DNA from: an uncultured Verrucomicrobiae bacterium
GTDB taxonomy: Bacteria > Verrucomicrobiota > Verrucomicrobiia > Chthoniobacterales > JAFAMB01
Direction: 5' to 3'
Assembly (NCBI GenBank): GCA_963813025.1
Contig: CAWEXO010000011.1
Location: 608,001-672,000, forward strand
DNA length: 64,000 nucleotides
A program made the position numbers and the translations under genes. The stretch's first letter is position 1. Every line of letters begins with the position of its first letter. Positions 61,882 to 64,000 of the stretch are shown here, in pieces. The notes below the pieces were generated by a model. The model had not been told where the DNA came from and did no database searches. It saw nothing but the letters and a program-made list of their open reading frames with translations.

Positions 61882-63141
61882 TCACTCCGTCGCAATGTCG
61901 CGGCGGAAATAGCAGCAATCAAAATGGATTTTCGCAACCGTCTCGTAGGCCAATTGCGCAGCTTGCGACAATGAGGGTTTGATGGCGGTCACGCCCAGAA
62001 CTCGGCCGCCGGAGGTAACGATTCGCTCTCCTTCCTGCCGGGTGCCGGCGTGGAAGAGCATCACTTCGGGCACACCAGTCAAAGACTCCAGGCCGGCGAG
62101 CGGTTTACCGGTCTCGTACCGGGAGGGGTAACCGCCCGAAGCCATGACCACACAGACGCTGGCCTGGTCGCTCCACTTGGCGCTAACCTGGCCGAGCCGT
62201 CGGTCAATGGTCGCTTCCAGCAGATCGACTAAGTCCGATTCCAGTCGAGGAAGAAGGACTTGCGTTTCCGGATCTCCGAACCGTGCGTTGAACTCGAGAA
62301 CCTTGATGCCTTCCGAGGTGAGCATCAGTCCGGGAAACAGGAGACCCCGATAGTCGATTTTGTCTTCCTGAATTCCGCGAAGAAACGGTTTCAGAACGGA
62401 ACGTTCGATCTCTTCGAGCAGTTCCCTGTTTATGGAGCGGGACGGACTGAAGGCTCCCATCCCGCCGGTGTTCGGGCCTCGGTTCCCATCGTAGAGCTGC
62501 TTATGATCTTGGGCCGTAGGAAACAGCAAATAACTTTCCCCGTCGACCAGGGCGTGCACCGAGCACTCGGTGCCCGCCAGGAATTCCTCGACCACAATCC
62601 TTTTCCCCGCTTCGCCAAACCGCCCGCTCTCCATCATGTCCCGAATAACCGTTACCGCGCTTGTTCGATCCTCGGCGATGATTACGCCTTTACCGAGAGA
62701 TAATCCGTCTGCCTTGATCGCCACCGGGAAACCGAACCTTTCCAGGGCGCCGATAGCCGCTTGCGACGAGTCAAATGATGCGTAGCTGGCTGTCGGAATC
62801 CCATGACGGACCATGAACGCCTTGGCGAAACTCTTCGAAGATTCAAGCTGTGCGGCCAGTCGAGCGGGGCCGAAAATTCGCAGACTATTTTGCTGAAAAA
62901 GATCGACGACGCCGGCGGCTAGCGCATCGTCCGGTCCCACGACCGTGAGATCGATGCTTTGATCCTGGGCGAATTGGACCAGTGCGTCGAGATCGCGAAT
63001 GTTGATCGGCACGTTGCGGGCAATCCGGCCTGTTCCGGCGTTCCCCGGCGCCACAAAGACTTCGCTGACCCGTGGTGACTGATTGATTTTCCAAGCTAAC
63101 GCGTGCTCTCGACCGCCACTGCCCAGGATCAGAACTCTCAT
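61882..63141 (-). CDS. purD: Phosphoribosylamine-glycine ligase
   Basis: GSGGREHAL, APGNAG, GPNTGGMGA, EFNARFGDPE, TSGGRVL. Confidence 0.97.
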   Translation of the reverse strand: MRVLILGSGGREHALAWKINQSPRVSEVFVAPGNAGTGRIARNVPINIRDLDALVQFAQDQSIDLTVVGPDDALAAGVVDLFQQNSLRIFGPARLAAQLESSKSFAKAFMVRHGIPTASYASFDSSQAAIGALERFGFPVAIKADGLSLGKGVIIAEDRTSAVTVIRDMMESGRFGEAGKRIVVEEFLAGTECSVHALVDGESYLLFPTAQDHKQLYDGNRGPNTGGMGAFSPSRSINRELLEEIERSVLKPFLRGIQEDKIDYRGLLFPGLMLTSEGIKVLEFNARFGDPETQVLLPRLESDLVDLLEATIDRRLGQVSAKWSDQASVCVVMASGGYPSRYETGKPLAGLESLTGVPEVMLFHAGTRQEGERIVTSGGRVLGVTAIKPSLSQAAQLAYETVAKIHFDCCYFRRDIATE

Positions 63142-63315
63142 ATTAGCGGCTCGCAGGCGAAGCGCCGCTCACAGATTGAAAGCGACAGTGGGCGATAATG
63201 CATAGTGTCACTCGTCTTTTACCATTAGTTAGCTAGTTCCCCAGAACTCTGCGCGTTCTTTTTGCGGCAAGAAACACTGGATTGATTGCCTTGGGCATCT
63301 CGACGTAGAAAGTAG

Positions 63316-63495
63316 GCAGCAGTGGGTCGGCAGTTAAGACCGGTGTGGCATTGGAGCTTTATGCCCGATAGCTAGTTTGGTTCCGAGCGTTTTGGTTGTT
63401 GCATTAGCGAAGCTCCAGATCGGGTTGTTTGCCGATCTGGAGCTATCCTGTTTAGGAGATTTCTCTCTATCTACCAACTCGGGCCGATGCGCTGC
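63316..63495 (+). ncRNA. Candidate IS110 bridge/seek RNA
   Basis: Closing stems GCAGC/GCTGC and TCGGC/GCCGA; internal GGCAT/ATGCC and 13-bp AGCTCCAGATCGG/CCGATCTGGAGCT hairpins; TTGATT-N18-TAGAAA upstream. Confidence 0.55.
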
Positions 63496-63533
63496 AGTGT
63501 GAAAGCAAGAACAACATCTAACCCAAGAGAGGT

Positions 63534-64000
63534 ATGGCAAAGAAAACCACGACCAAGCGAAAGAACAAATCAAAAACTCACCGGAGTGTTCTGGAACGGA
63601 TCAATCTCAAGGCCGCAGGAATCGATATCGGGGCGAATTTTCACCTGGTGGCCATTCCCGAAGACCGCGGCTCAGAAACGGTGCGCAAGTTTGGCCCTTT
63701 TACGAGCGATCTGCAGCGGATGGCTGACTGGCTGAGCGAACACCACATTGAGACCGTAGTGATGGAATCAACGGGGGTTTATTGGATACCGGTGTTCCAG
63801 ATTCTGGAGCAGAGAGGGTTGGAGGTAAAATTGGTCAACGCAGCTCATGTCAAGAATCTGCCTGGACGCAAAAGCGACGTCTCGGACTGCCAATGGCTTC
63901 AACAACTCCACACCTTTGGTCTTTTAAACGGCTCGTTCCGACCCAAGGACGAGGTCTGCGTCTTGCGCAGCTTCCTGCGCCTGCGCGACACCTTGGTTAA
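63534..64000 (+). CDS. IS110 family transposase/recombinase, N-terminal DEDD domain (runs off the window; absent from the ORF track)
   Basis: Manual translation is open to the end: AAGIDIG, VVMESTGVYWIPV, LVNAAHVKNLPGRKSDVSDCQWLQQLH. Confidence 0.95.
   Translation, partial: MAKKTTTKRKNKSKTHRSVLERINLKAAGIDIGANFHLVAIPEDRGSETVRKFGPFTSDLQRMADWLSEHHIETVVMESTGVYWIPVFQILEQRGLEVKLVNAAHVKNLPGRKSDVSDCQWLQQLHTFGLLNGSFRPKDEVCVLRSFLRLRDTLV

Larger units (their letters stand above)
63240..64000 (+). mobile_element. IS110 family element, left part (left boundary approximate)
   Basis: About 290-nt non-coding leader followed by an IS110 recombinase ORF. Confidence 0.8.

Overview
Bacterial chromosomal window, most likely Verrucomicrobiota (Chthoniobacterales/Spartobacteria-like): a TGTTC-N4-GAACA box sits directly in front of lexA. 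Housekeeping genes include gltB, pheA, scpB, dcd, ilvN-ilvC, pepF, xerC, lexA, opgG/opgH, yggS, hemW and purD. An accessory stretch at about 6.9-31.8 kb holds a HexR/RpiR-regulated sugar catabolic cluster with a duplicated binding protein, a KirBac channel, fused IS66 and Tn3 remnants, arsR-arsM-arsC, a second sugar ABC set and two Gfo/Idh/MocA genes. Mobile elements also include an intact IS630 inserted into a REP-like repeat and the left part of an IS110 with a structured non-coding leader (candidate bridge RNA). Intergenic regions carry several repeat families: GTAG-REP doublets inside MITE-like ends, 10-mer and 7-mer microsatellites, a perfect 29-bp tandem hairpin pair and an 11-bp-phased TGCA array. 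Several genes (gltB, Lrp, arsC, one Gfo, qor, the TonB receptor) are broken by single-base indels that look like long-read errors. All calls come from reading the sequence and remembered family motifs; no database search or folding program was run.
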